A stretch of DNA of 64,000 bases from Octopus vulgaris (taxonomy: Eukaryota), in contig OX597815.1 in assembly GCA_951406725.2 (NCBI GenBank), positions 31,434,001 to 31,498,000 on the forward strand, given 5' to 3'. The stretch's first letter is position 1. The number at the start of each line of letters is the position of its first letter. The notes under the pieces were generated by a model that saw only the letters and a list, made by a program, of their open reading frames with translations, was not told the DNA's origin and did no database searches. A program made the translations under genes and the position numbers. Below are positions 26,190-39,760 of this stretch, piece after piece.

Positions 26190-26723
26190 CATATATATAC
26201 ATACCAAGTTAATAATTCGACCATTTCATTTAAATCATAACTTCACTTTAATACTCATATGGGTGTACCAACATCATATGCGTGCGTATATAACACACGA
26301 GAGAAAGCAAATGGAATTCGTGAGACTATTTATCAATCACTACGATCGTTTCGATCCATCGTGCATCGGTCCCTCGCAGGTGACTTGACAAAAGGTACCC
26401 CTTTCTTTAATCCCCGTTTCGTTTATTCCTGAAGTTAATCCACTGGTATTTATATCAATACTGTTGATGACATCAGGTAGCCGAAGACAGTGAACAGGCT
26501 TTAAACGACATACTACAAGGTGTATATATATATATATATATATATATAAATATATATATAATTTAAATAATATATAAATATATGCATATATACATACATA
26601 TATGTACATACCTACTTATATATATGTATATATACATGCATAATACATATATGTATATATGCTTAAATTTATATATTATTTATATTATTATATGATCGAA
26701 CGCCACGCATCCATTTCCAAATA

Positions 26724-26797
<74 letters not shown>

Positions 26798-27792
26798 TTG
26801 TGTGTGTGTGTGTGAGCGTATTTGTGTGTGTGTGTGTATACGTGCACAAATTAGGCACATGCTATAACGTTCCCCATTTGGCATTTTCCGCGCTTTCTTA
26901 CTTTATAGCTCTTCTGAAAAACAATTTTTTTAAAATTCCCGGTAATGATTTGGCCATTAACATTTTTATTTTCAATTTATGTATATATTTTTTTACGTTT
27001 AACTGAACCTTCCACTTCCTGAGTGAATTATAATAATGATTATTTTTACTCTCCTTAATATTAATTAAATTTGAACTCGCTTCACCATTTTCTAAAAATC
27101 AATTTCTCTCAAGTATTTTTCCATTTTAACAATAACAACCACATTAGAGACTTCCATTTCTTGATTATTTCGACATTTTCTCATAGTTAATAGAATATTG
27201 CATCCTGGAATTCGTTCCTGAAGCCCCATCTCTCTCTCTCTCTTTCTCTCACTCTCTCTCTTTCTCTCACTCTCTCTCTCTCACACACACACATATATAT
27301 ATATGTGTGTGTATATGTATATGATTTTTGTATTTATTTAATCGGTTTTCTGTTCCTTTTATTATTTTTAATTTGTTATCAATACAAACTTTGATGATTT
27401 TTTTAGCAAGTCTGATATGGTTCTAGCTAGTCTGATTCTTTGACATTTGTCGTAATAAAACACTTAATATGTCAGCAGTTGCCATGTTTACGTGGTGGGG
27501 TTGCTATCATTGACTTTTCCCCCCAACTGGAAACGAGACGCTGAATTGTTTTACCACTCACCATCCCTGTTAACTGTTAGGCATTGAAGAGTGAAGACAC
27601 ATTTCCCCCAAAATTTATGTTAGAGAAATAGAAAAGAAACGACATTGACACGGCATTGCTGTTTGTCTCTATTTCTCGAAAATAAATTCAGGGATGATGT
27701 GCGTGCGCATGTATGTATGAGTGTTTGTGTGTGTAAGGCACATGGGTGTGAGTATCTGTGTGTATGTTTGTGTATTATGAGCATGTATGTGT

Positions 27793-27828
<36 letters not shown>

Positions 27829-29239
27829 TATTATAAACATGTGTATATATATATATAATTCTGTTTGCGAGGGGTGTATGTATCAATATGCGTAAGAACT
27901 GCGAGTATATCATTCTGTATGCGGAATACATGTTATTCTCTATGTGTTTGTGTGAGTTTGTATCAGTGTATATGTATGTATTATAAGTGCGTAAAATTCT
28001 GTGCGAGTGTTCCACAGTTTTATGTGAGATTGTATTTATTATATGTTTGTAAATGTCTTAAGAAAATTATCTTCTCATATTATTGCTTTAAACATTAATA
28101 AAACACCAGTCATTTAATAAGGCTCTTCAGCGTAAATGGCCATTCTGATTTAAGAACTTTTAAGAAGAATACATCGTTCATGTTTCCTGGAATGACGATT
28201 TGTGACCAAATTGCACAACAATTATCTGAAATTGAAATACACAAGTCTTTATGATTTTTTTAGGGTGGTGGAAAGATAATGAAAAGGTGAAGTAATGAAA
28301 GCTTCTTCCGTTTGTTAAAATGGTTTTAAAAGCAAGCGAAATATATGGTTAGTTGGAAATCATTGTGAGGAAACAGTTCGTAATATTTCGAAATTATATG
28401 AGCCGAAATAGAAGACGTTGCTATCAAGACGATAAATTTTTAACGCAATTGCAGATAAAAGTAAGGGAATACTGTTTATAATAACAATTTTAATTCTTTT
28501 ACGTTGCCAGTATCTTCGAAAAAAGGCATGAATATCATCCAGTCTTATTTTCGTTGTTCTCTCTCTCTTTCTCATTATATACATACATACGTGTGTATGT
28601 ATGTACGTGTGTATATATTAACCTTGTACAGTGTTTTTCAAGAAATCAATGTTTTGTATCCAAAACTAAGTGTATAAAACTAAACTGTTCAACATAATCG
28701 TTAAACAGTGTCGTTTTGATTCTGAAAGCATTTTATGGAACGAATAACCACAAAGCGGTTTAGTTGCTCTAAAGTTTGGCGTACAGAGGATGTCAACGCG
28801 TTTTTTCTATCATGCAAATAATAGATTTATTGTAGTTTATAATATATATATCCTGTCAGATAGGTGACAACTTCCAGCCGCGTGGATATTAGTCTTAAAC
28901 CAGGTGACAAATCAATAAAACGAGGGGGCTAATTGTGAAAAGGAGACGTTTATTTTTCAAATAGGACTAAAAATAGATAGAGCCTACTATATGATAGAAA
29001 TAGGAGTTGGAGTAGAAGGAAGAACGCGGGAAAATAAATTGAAGATGGACATTATTAAGTGGTTTTTGAAGATCTCTCTCGCTTCCCTTTTAGATAACTA
29101 TTTAACATAACACTAAGCCTCTCCTTTTCAATCTATTTAAATTTTCATAGAAGCAATTAATTTTCCTCCGAATGTCATTCATGAATTACTATCAGAACAG
29201 TTGAGAATATATCAGATATTTTTTCACTAAAAGAATTTA

Positions 29240-29289
<50 letters not shown>

Positions 29290-29788
29290 GTCGTCGTCGT
29301 CATTGTCATCATCATCATCATCGTCGTTATTCATGTGCTCTGTTAAGTGGTTTGGGTCATCTATGTCATTGAAAGCGTTCAGTAATTGGCTAGCAAAGTG
29401 CTGATAGTGAACAGATGCCCCTTATCTTTTCACATGTTTTCTTGTAATCATTGTAAGTACCACACTCCTATCAGTAGCCCACCCTACAGAACACGTGGGG
29501 ATTAGATATTTTTTTCAAATAAACAAAAGGTTTTTTGTTAATCGTTTTCTAACACAGAGAAAGGCTTTTAATTTTTCTGTAAATTACTGGGAGAAAGCTG
29601 TTAAGAGTAATATAATGAATTTAATCAAAATAGTCAATATAATGAAGTTAATTACTTAGCTAGTGGTTTACACGGGAGTAAAAGACTCACATACAAGTGT
29701 TTACGCGACAAAATATTAAATATTTGATAATCAATAATCAATAAAAAGAGAAATGGGTAAGAGGTTCATAATGTCTTCAAATTGATAA

Positions 29789-30011
29789 GGCGGCGAGCTG
29801 GTAGAAACGTTAGCACGCCGGGCGAAATGCGTAGCCGTATTTCGTCTGCCGTTACGTTCTGAGTTCAAATCCTACCGAGCTCGACTCTGCCTTTCATCCT
29901 TTCGGGGTCGATAAATTAAGTACCGGTTGCGTACTGGGGTCGATCTAATTGACTGGGCCCCTCTCCACCAAAAAAACAATCTAGGGCCTTGTGCCTAGAG
30001 TAGAAAAGAAT
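29789..30011 (+). mobile_element. SINE A monomer, type-2 tail
   Basis: Full head and core. Ends gggccttgtgcctagagtagaaaagaat. Confidence 0.9.
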
Positions 30012-30100
30012 AAGTAAATAGGTATATTCAATAATATTACACCGCTATATTTAGTGGCTATAAATAAATAGCAATGAGTTCACGAATAGTTCATGAGTTG

Positions 30101-30161
30101 GATGGGTGCTGATGAGGGATCAAAAACTCCCGAAATAAGGCATATACGCTCATTACCCATT
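30101..30161 (+). ncRNA. type I hammerhead ribozyme-like motif
   Basis: GATGGGT-G-CTGATGA-GGGA-TCAAAAAC-TCCC-GAAA-T-AA-GGC-ATATAC-GCT-C-ATT-ACCCATT. CUGAUGA and GAAA boxes are intact, stem II has 4 bp and stem I has 7 bp, with a one-nucleotide register defect at the cleavage junction. Confidence 0.65.
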
Positions 30162-30330
30162 GTTCATCCTCGATCTCGTTGTTCTTTAAATCAGGTGTCT
30201 CGGATACGAAACGTCGTAACAAAATCAGTGCTGCCATAGTTTCTATAGAAATTCTTTAGAGACAACCTTAACAAGGGAGTATCATAGATATTCCCTGTTT
30301 ATTGTGTCTACTACGATGCGTTATAGAAAT

Positions 30331-30470
30331 ATTGGTTTCACACGTCCAGCAAGTTTGGGGGAGGATGTAAATCGGTTGCATCGACTTCCCAGCTCAACTG
30401 GTATTTATTTTATCAACCCCGAAAGTATAAAAAGCAAAGTAGATCTCGGCAAAATTTGAACTCAGAACGT
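30331..30470 (-). mobile_element. SINE A fragment, diverged
   Basis: ctcaactggtatttattttatcaaccccgaaag...aatttgaactcagaacgt. Confidence 0.75.
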
Positions 30471-30689
30471 AATTGACACCTCTCCGCTAATAGTCTTTTC
30501 GATTTTTAAACCTCTGTAACTTTTTTCTCCACATTATACCTTCAAGGCAATGAGACTGGAAGGCTACATTATCATAGCCGATTTTCGGATTTTTTACTTG
30601 CTTTTAAAAAATGCATATTTTGCGAATAAAAAAAACTAGATCTTCTACATTTATATACATGGTTTCTGATTTAATCACAACACCGACAA

Positions 30690-30878
30690 TTTTGAGAAGA
30701 GAGGCTTAAACGTTAGTTTTTATATCGACACTTGATTGGTATTCGATTGTATCGAACCCGAAAGGATGAAAGGCAAAGTTGACCTCGGCAGGATTTGAAC
30801 TCAGACTGAAAAAAACGCCAGGACAAATAATGTAAAAACAATTTTCCGACTAGCTAATGATACTGCCACTTCACTGCT
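30690..30878 (-). mobile_element. SINE A, diverged
   Basis: cccgaaaggatgaaaggcaaagttgacctcggcaggatttgaactcaga. Confidence 0.75.
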
Positions 30879-32705
30879 CCCTTTGGGCTAAATTTTCGGG
30901 TTGGGGGGACGGGGGTAGCGGGTTATTTCAGTCAGTGTCAAAATACATTATCTAAAACATGATTTATTTTTGAGATCAGTGATCAACGGTAAAGAGTTGA
31001 AATTTGTATAATTAATTGAGTATCGTTATTTTCACTTAGTTAACTTACCGTATTACTTGCGCTTCTATAGTTTTACTATGTAATATCTATTGACTATGTC
31101 GTACCTTCTCATTTACTTTGTTTTTGTTTTTGTTTTGTGGTTTTTTTTTGCTCAGACAGTTATTTACATAGTTATATTATACTGTTTGTTAAATTTACTC
31201 TAAACTTATTTACTTTCGTCTGCTTGGTATATAATTGAGCTAGCTATACATCAATTCTATAAATCTCCACTGAAATGTATATTTTGTTCTTTAATTTAAG
31301 ACCTTGGGGAGAAGGGTATCATGAACTCAACTTTTGCTCTCCAAAATCACTTACGAAAAGAAATCGATACAAATCGTTAAATGTTTCATTTTTGTTTGTG
31401 TATTTGTTGTATTTATTTATTTATTTGTTTGTTTGTCTAATCTCTAAGCATTCATAACAAATTTGTAAATATTTTCGAATGTTTTCTTTTTGTATTCTTT
31501 TAGATTCTTTGGAATCTCAACGCATTTTTGAATGATCTTTCGTTTTGTTTTTTTTTTTTGTTTTTTTTTTTGTTTTGGTTTTTTTTTTTGTCTTTCATCT
31601 AACAAAACACACAGAATCAATCTTAAATATTGACTCAATCATATTTTTGAAAACTATATTATTTTCTTTTTCGTGTTTGATGCTTTTTGTTGTTACTTAG
31701 TGCAGTAGACGGCTGAATGCGTTGAATGCCACATTGAATGACTTTCAGTATTTAAGGGGTTTGTCCCTCTTGTTTCGAAGTTCAAATCCGATCGAATCAA
31801 CATCTTTCATCCTGTCATAATCGTTATCTACGTATACCAGTAATAATCTGGTGTCATTTTGCATTCTACATCGTTTGAAGTCTATCGCCAGACTTTTGAG
31901 ACTGAGGATGCCTCAGAATATACTGGGTTGGACTAATTCGTACTGAGGGAAGATTTTTATAAATGCATTTTCTAAATCTGAGGGAGCATCATTGAATAGT
32001 GAAGGGGCAGTACCGTCCAGTGAACCTCCTTAGCGACGGACATTGTAGTCAGGCTTCAAGAATGTGTTGCAGGAAATTTTTTATAAACTGTATTTTCTAA
32101 ATCTGAGAGTGCGCCATTGAATATAGCAGTGCCGTGCAAGTGCCCTTCCCAATTAGCGAAAACAAAATATTCTTTGCACTGCGCGAAATATGTTGAACGT
32201 TGACTCTGGAATAGTTTCACGAAGACAGCTTCAGGAAAAGCGTTTCAGGGAGAAACTCTAAAGGAACAGCATTCTAGAGGATATGAACTGGCTTTAATGG
32301 TTAGTGAGGAATGACACAGGAGGAGCGATGAGAGGAAAAGAGGCGAAATGAGTCAGGATTTCTTGAGTGAAACAGACCTGACCCCAACAGGAACCACTAG
32401 TTACAGTAGAAAAGACAGATAGTAGAAAACACATGTGTGGGTAAGTCGCTGCAGCGTGTCTGTGAGCAGAACTTTGCTAATCAGACGGAGAAGCTTTCTT
32501 TGGATTCGACCTAGTGTGTCGTTGTGTGTGGCACGATTGGAACATTTTTAATTGTCGACTTGTTCAGTGGAAGGTGATACGAGACTAAACAGCAACAGCA
32601 AATAGAAAATGCGAATACTAAATTCAGTTTGTCTTTGATATGTCAAAGACATACTAACGGTAACATGTGTGTCTGTGTGTATGTATTTATTTATGTGTAT
32701 GTATT

Positions 32706-32736
<31 letters not shown>

Positions 32737-33134
32737 GTGTGTGTGCTTGCGCGCGCGCACATACACATGAACTAATTCATACTGAAGTCAATACGTTGCC
32801 AAGAGGTTTCGGCCACGTCTGTCCAACGTGAAAATGACTTGCTAACCACACACACACACACACACACACACATACATACGTATATATATGCGAATAATCT
32901 TTAAGAGCAATTTTCTATAATTAACCACTGCATTATCTGTTTCATTGCGTCATTCCTGACAACAAAGACCGTCGGTTATAGTTTTCGATTAAAATCAGAA
33001 GTAACTTTAATTAATGGTCAAACATTAAATGCATAAAAAAGAAATTTAGAAGATAACTAGTCATTTTTATGATGGCCTTATATGTGTGTGTGTGGAAATT
33101 ACACACATATATATACATATACAGATATATACAT

Positions 33135-33184
<50 letters not shown>

Positions 33185-33191
33185 GTATGTA

Positions 33192-34408
33192 TTAGGTTGT
33201 TTCACATGAAATGTCGCATTTTTAATTACCTGATATTTCAGTAATTTAAAAACTCAATTATGCCTACCTTGCATTTTAATCTTGACTCTTTTTCTTTCCG
33301 AACATTATTGGTATACAAAATTTGTACCCACAGACCTTATGAAAAATGATAACAACCAAACTATATTGAATAATTTTCTCATATGAGTGCACACTGGGTC
33401 ACTCTGCCCTGGAAGCTCTACGGAATATCAAGCGGGTCTTTGGTAATGGTTTTGTTGACATCAGAACTGCTCGGAGATTCTTCCAAAGCTTTCGTTTAGT
33501 AGATGATACCCTTGAAAATAAACCAAGGGGTAGGCCAAAATCAGTTATTCGGCATGATGATTAAATGCAACAAAATCCGAGAACAAAGGTTCCAAAGCTT
33601 TCATCAGAATTCTGAACATCTTGCACAACTGTATTTGGACACCCGTAAAAAATTTGAAAAGTTAAGAAAACAGATAGGTTTGTTCCACATCAACTGAACG
33701 AGATTTAAAAAAAAAACAGACACCTCGAAGTGTGCTCCTTATTGCTTTCTCGACTGGAAAAAGACCATTTTTGCATCAAATCATTACTTGTGACGAGAAA
33801 TGGATACTCTTTAACAACAGCAGGAGAACAGAACAGAGATTAGTTGCAGGAGAGTTAACCCAAACCCACCATTGCACCCTAAAATGTTTGTGGTCACTGT
33901 ATGGTGGTCTGCGATGGGAGTTATTTATTATTCATTTTTGCAATAAGGAAAAATGTAACAGCAAAATCGTATTGCTACGAAATTGACTGCATGCATGAGA
34001 ATTTGAAAAAGAAGCAACCCCGACTAGTCAATAGAGATGCCTCAATTTTGTTCCACGACAATGCACGTCCTCACACTCCTCAAGCTACGGTCCAAAAGTT
34101 GCAAAGCCTGAATTATGAGATTTTGCAACATCCTCCCTACTTCCCTGATATCTTTCCTACGGGTCATTAGTTAAGCATTTTAAACTCTTCATAAGCAATG
34201 AAACATTCTTAACTAGAGAAGGGGTAATTGAAGCATTCGGATAGTTTATCACAGTAAAAGATGAATATTTTTAAAGATGGAATGTATGACACAGAGAGAC
34301 GTTGGGTAAACGAACATGGATCATGCTTTGATTAAATATATCAGTTCTCTAACACTTTTGAAACATCTTATTGTTACCTTAGAAATACGAAATGTATATG
34401 AGTCTATA
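33192..34408 (+). mobile_element. mariner (DD34D) DNA transposon, decayed
   Basis: 5' TIR TA|TTAGGTTGTTTCACATGAAATGTCGCATTTTT, a degenerate 3' TIR near 34381-34408, length about 1.2 kb and a transposase remnant inside. Confidence 0.9.
33339..34335 (+). pseudogene. mariner transposase pseudogene
   Basis: Motifs across frameshifts: HTH region GHSALEALRNIKRVFG...ENKPRGRPKS; FVPHQL (WVPHEL motif); FLHQIITCDEKWILFNN (D1); ILFHDNARPHT (D2); HPPYFPDIFPTG (YSPDLAPxD motif). Exactly 34 residues follow D2, and the third Asp is mutated to Gly. Confidence 0.92.
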
Positions 34409-34505
34409 TGTGTATATATAAGGTCATAGATAAATACACATACTCACACATACGCACGCATATATATACATACATACATGCATACATACATACATACACA
34501 CACAT

Positions 34506-34560
<55 letters not shown>

Positions 34561-35043
34561 CATAAATTTTGCATCTTTAATTTTCTAAAATAGATTTTTC
34601 ATCTTTATCTTCTTTACAATATCTCATGGGATACAGACTGTTCTTCATTAAAATTCATTTCTCGTAACATCTGGTATCTCAGTTTGAGCGATTTAATTAG
34701 ATGTTTAAAAACGTTTTTGTTTTGTTTAAAAACGTTTTTTACTCATAAATGTTTTCGTTTCATAGAAGGTCGTCACTTGGCTCTGTCTTGCATGCTAAAT
34801 TCTGAACCATATATCCAAAGTAATCACTGCTCACTGGCCTCTCAGATCTTGACAAACACCCTAAGAAATCCCGGCCTATTATATTACATTTGTTTGTCAT
34901 GATCTCCATTAAACTACAAAGGGATCTTAAAGCCGGTGCTTAACTCGGGAATTATAGCATTAAATGGCTCACTACAATATACATACGGGCACACACACAT
35001 ACACACACACACATGTATACATAATGTATATATATTTACATAA

Positions 35044-35074
<31 letters not shown>

Positions 35075-35546
35075 TATATATATATATATATACAATTTAT
35101 TCATGTAGATAAACATACGTATATAAACAAATACAAGTATATACGCACGCGCGCAGACACGATAGGCTGGCAAAACAGTTTCCCTTTGCGCAAATCCCTC
35201 AGAATCTATGGATCGGTCTGGGACTGTTAGTGCAAGACACTTGCCCAAGGTGTCACGCTGTGCGACGAAACCCGAAACGACGTATTTGGAAAGCACACAC
35301 ATATACACACACAAACACTCATGCGCTCGCGCGCACACACATATGAATCGCATTGATGAAATGTGAAAGAGTGCTTATTACATCTTATAAAGTATATGCT
35401 TTATTGAATGCATACTTATATGATGCAACTCGTGTTTCATGTCCGTGCGCCTGTAATTGAGCAAAAGAAAAATAACGTTCTCGGAACAGCTAAAATACAT
35501 ACAAATCAAGTGTTTTAGTAATAATATAAAGTTAAAGGGAGAATTA

Positions 35547-35732
35547 CCAAATTTTAACGTGTATAAGGACCCCACCTTTTTTTGTTAAAAATTAGTTTGA
35601 AAAAATGGGAGTTTCTTATACATGGATAGTATTATAATCCCTTACAAAACCATTTTTTTTTTCCAAATTTTAAGCCTCCAAAGTTAGGGGCTTCCTAATA
35701 CACGAGGGTCTCTTATACATGTTAAGATACGG
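35547..35732. mobile_element. Tc1/mariner-superfamily (Tc2/pogo-type) MITE
   Basis: TA on both sides. Imperfect TIRs CCAAATTTTAACGTGTATAAGGACCC versus reverse complement CCGTATCTTAACATGTATAAGAGACCC. Confidence 0.7.
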
Positions 35733-35980
35733 TAAATATCAACTCCTGGCCCAAGAATTTGTAATATCAAACCATTGTCTTCCCCGTTATTGATTTCGTT
35801 TAAATATTCCTAGGACCGCAGCTTATAAATAGCATTTGTTTTATCAACCCCTGAAAGGTTGGAAGGCAAAGACTGACCCCATGATGATTTGAGATTTAAG
35901 CATAGACTTGAGTAAACAAACCACTAGAAGTTTATTCCGATACTTAAACGTTTCAGCCATACCGCCACCACCAGCTTTGT

Positions 35981-36053
<73 letters not shown>

Positions 36054-36301
36054 CTCCCTCTTGATCTCTATCTATCTATTTATCTTACGCACACTCACAC
36101 ACACAGACACGCTCACATGCACACTTTTAATGACATTACTGCTACATATCAATTCCAAGTTACACGTGAAGATAAGACGGTCCTATCAGGACTTGATTCA
36201 AAACACGAAGTCCCCGAGGCTCGCAAAATATCCCTCCCGTCTCTTTTCGTACCAATGTGTCTATGTATGTATGTATGTATGTATGTATGTATGTATGTAT
36301 G

Positions 36302-36383
<82 letters not shown>

Positions 36384-36688
36384 TGTACGTATGTATTTCT
36401 TTGAGATTTCAAGCCGGCCTCTGACAAAGTGACAAGGCTTTTTTTGTTTTTGTTAAGACAGTTGTATGTATATATGAATGAATGTATATATGCGTATGGC
36501 GCGCGAGTGTGTGTGTGAGTGTGTGTGTGTTTGTGTGTGTGCGTATGTGTTTTCATGAACGAATGAATGAATCAGCGTTAGTGTGACCACACGTGTGAAG
36601 TAGACTTTTATCCGTTCTTTTAAATTTTGATATATCTTTGCTCTCTCCCCATCCTTCTCTCTCTCAAAAACCTTATCCATTATAAGAA

Positions 36689-36880
36689 CGGTGAACTGGC
36701 TGAACCCTTAACACGTCGAGCACAACGCTTAGCAGCATTTCGTCCATCTGTCTTTACGCTCTGCGTTCAAATTCCACCGAAGTTGACTTTGCCTTCCATC
36801 CTTTCGAGGTTGATAAAATAAGTACCAGTTGAGTACTGGGGTCAATGTAATCGCTTAGATCCCTCCCCTGAACTTGCTGA
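36689..36880 (+). mobile_element. SINE A, diverged
   Basis: Head cggtgaactggctgaacc and core gccttccatcctttcgaggttgataaaataagtaccag. Confidence 0.85.
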
Positions 36881-36883
36881 ACT

Positions 36884-37298
36884 TACTCTTTTACCCTTTT
36901 ACTTGTTTCTGTCATTTGACTGTGGCCATGCTGGAGCACCGCCTTTAGTCGAGCAAATCGACTCCAGGACTTATTCTTTGTAAGCCTTGTTCTTTATTCT
37001 ATCGGGCTGTTTTGCCGAACCGCTAAAGTTATGGGGACGTAAACACACCAGCATCGGTTGTCAAGTGATGTTGAGGGCGGGGGACAAATACAGACGCACA
37101 AACATGCACACACACACATACATGTACATATATATACGACGGGCTTCTTTCAGTTTCCGTCTACCAAATCTACTCACAAGGCTTTGGTCGGCCCGAGGTT
37201 ATAGTAGAAGACACTTGCCCAAGGTGCTACGCAGTGGGACTGAACCCGGAACCATGTGGTTGGTAAACAAGCTACTTACCACACAGCCACTCCTACGC
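36884..37298 (-). mobile_element. SINE B, full length, inserted in the tail of a SINE A
   Basis: Complete head to tail. gctgaactt at 36876-36884 and 37301-37309 is a probable TSD. Confidence 0.92.
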
Positions 37299-37744
37299 AA
37301 GCTGAACTTGCTCCAAAATTCGAAACCAATATCGAAACCATTATTTCCACTTACAGTTTATTCGCTACCAAAAAACCCCTTCTTTATCAATTATATAGTT
37401 TTTTATCTTCCCCTTTAATATATATCCTCATCTCATTTTTTTTTTTTTACTTTCAAATCCACCTCTTTGACTTCTCTTTCTTTTTATTTATTCTTTACTC
37501 TCCCCTCACACAGCACCTTCCTTTTTTATATACTGGTCTTCATTTATCTCTCCCCTTTCATCTTTCTTAATTTCTTCTTTCTTCTCTTCCCCCCCCCCAA
37601 CCACCTCCTTTTCCGCAGCCTTTCATCTCCTCTTCCTACTCGCGCTTTCTCTCATCTCTCTTTCTTCTCTTTCTTCCTTTACTTGCTGTCTTCGTTTTCT
37701 TCACTTGACCCATTTTCTACATTTCTCTCTGTCTTTATTTTGCT

Positions 37745-37807
<63 letters not shown>

Positions 37808-38012
37808 ATCACATCACCTCCGTTTCTCTCCCTACGCCAAACTTTATTCCTTCCTTCCTTCCTTCTTTGTTTGTTGTTTATCCGGGGTCAGTGTTGTACC
37901 AGCGCTGTCCCCCCATCAACCGTCACCTATTATACACTAAACGTATACGTCTCCTGCAGAAAAAAACCATTACACTTGGAAGCTGTAGATATACGCACGC
38001 GTAGACGAACAA

Positions 38013-38059
<47 letters not shown>

Positions 38060-38300
38060 CACTTCTCTCTATCAATCAACTCTTTCACCCTTACTCTTTT
38101 TTCCTTCATAACACATACACCCTCTCCTCGCTCTCTCTGTCTCTACTTAGAAGAAAACACTTATGCATATATAAATACACGTAGTTCTACATGTCAATGT
38201 GTGTTTGCTCGCAGCTGCAATAGGATAAATGCGTTTATTTAAACGTACACGCATACACGCACCCAATCTCTGTCGCTTTTCCTCTCAACCCCACTCTCTC

Positions 38301-38346
<46 letters not shown>

Positions 38347-38513
38347 TCACCTACACACACTCTTAATCACTCACTCATACAAAAGAGTGCTTAACGAAAG
38401 TACACATATATACACGAACTATTTCAGTCACTAAAAGAACTATACAAGTACATCTGATTTTATGTGCGAATGAAAGCGGGCAAATGAGAGAAAGAGAGAA
38501 AGAAAGAGAAAGA

Positions 38514-38554
<41 letters not shown>

Positions 38555-39224
38555 CATTATATGTGTATAAGTGTCTGTATACGAGGGCGAGTAGTAGATG
38601 AATTGAGTATACGTATATATGTACCAGAACAAATATACTTATTCACACGTCCAACTCTGACCAAACGAAGTTCCATTGTTAAATGAAGTAAATTTCAAAG
38701 CCAGATTTTCCACCACCACCCCCACACACACCGCATTCACCCTCTTGACAGCTTCCTTTTGATTTGTTATCTTCAAACCGTCCGTTTCGTTCTCGAATAT
38801 CCTCGAAGCCATACTTTTCACTGGATACTTTCAAATGACAGAGAGATGACGAGACTATATCAAGCGTCGCCATGTCATTGTGATAAACCTCTTTTATTTC
38901 TTCTTCTTCTAATTCTTCTTCTTCTTCTACTTCGTTTTCTACTACTTCTCCCGATTATTTAAGAAGGCAAACCTCTAGCAAATGCCTCTTCCACTCACTA
39001 CCACAGGCATATACTTATATTTCTTACGGTTAATTCTTACGGTTAGTAATTAAGAAAATACTAGCATTAGATCAAGCCCTGGTTCAGACGACCGTTTACT
39101 GTATCTCTCAGTATGTGCTAACCCAGTTACAAGTTGTTGCTTAACCCCAGGTTGACTTTAATCGTACGGAGTTATGGTCAAAGATATTTCAGCCATGACA
39201 CTACCGTCTTTCGTTCAGCATATC

Positions 39225-39388
39225 CACATCACGTGATTTCAGGTTCAGCCCTACCTGCGTGGGAAATTGAACAAGTGCCTTCCACTGTTGCCCCGGGCCA
39301 CCAATAAGTTATGAGTGAATTTGAAAGACAGAAATTACACGCGCATATGACTGCAGTCTAATGACTGAAACACGGAAAAGATTTTAAA

Positions 39389-39428
<40 letters not shown>

Positions 39429-39473
39429 ATGCGCGCGCGGTCAGGCATGCGCATAAACACACACATTTTTTAA

Positions 39474-39513
<40 letters not shown>

Positions 39514-39760
39514 TTGTGTACGTATATATATGTGTATGTATATATATATATACATGTATATATATGTATATATATGTATAAATGTATATATATGTATAAA
39601 TGTATATATATGTATATAAGTGTTTGTGACTGTCCTCTCCAACACCACTGACAACCGGTGATGGTTTGCTTACATCCCTGTCGACAAAACAAAAGTACTG
39701 GTGCTGATTTGATCGACTCAAACCCTTCAAAGCAGTGTCACAGCATCGTCGCACACTGCC
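39225..39760 (+). mobile_element. SINE B, diverged, split by an expanded internal microsatellite
   Basis: Head remnant at 39225-39335 and 3' body at 39620-39760, separated by TG/TA repeats. Confidence 0.6.

Noticed and set aside
27478-27491. RFX X-box-like GTTGCCATGTTTAC
   Set aside because: Three mismatches in the second half-site and no promoter context.
38578-38615. TACGAGGG, resembling a mariner-type TIR start
   Set aside because: No partner TIR or transposase remnant nearby.
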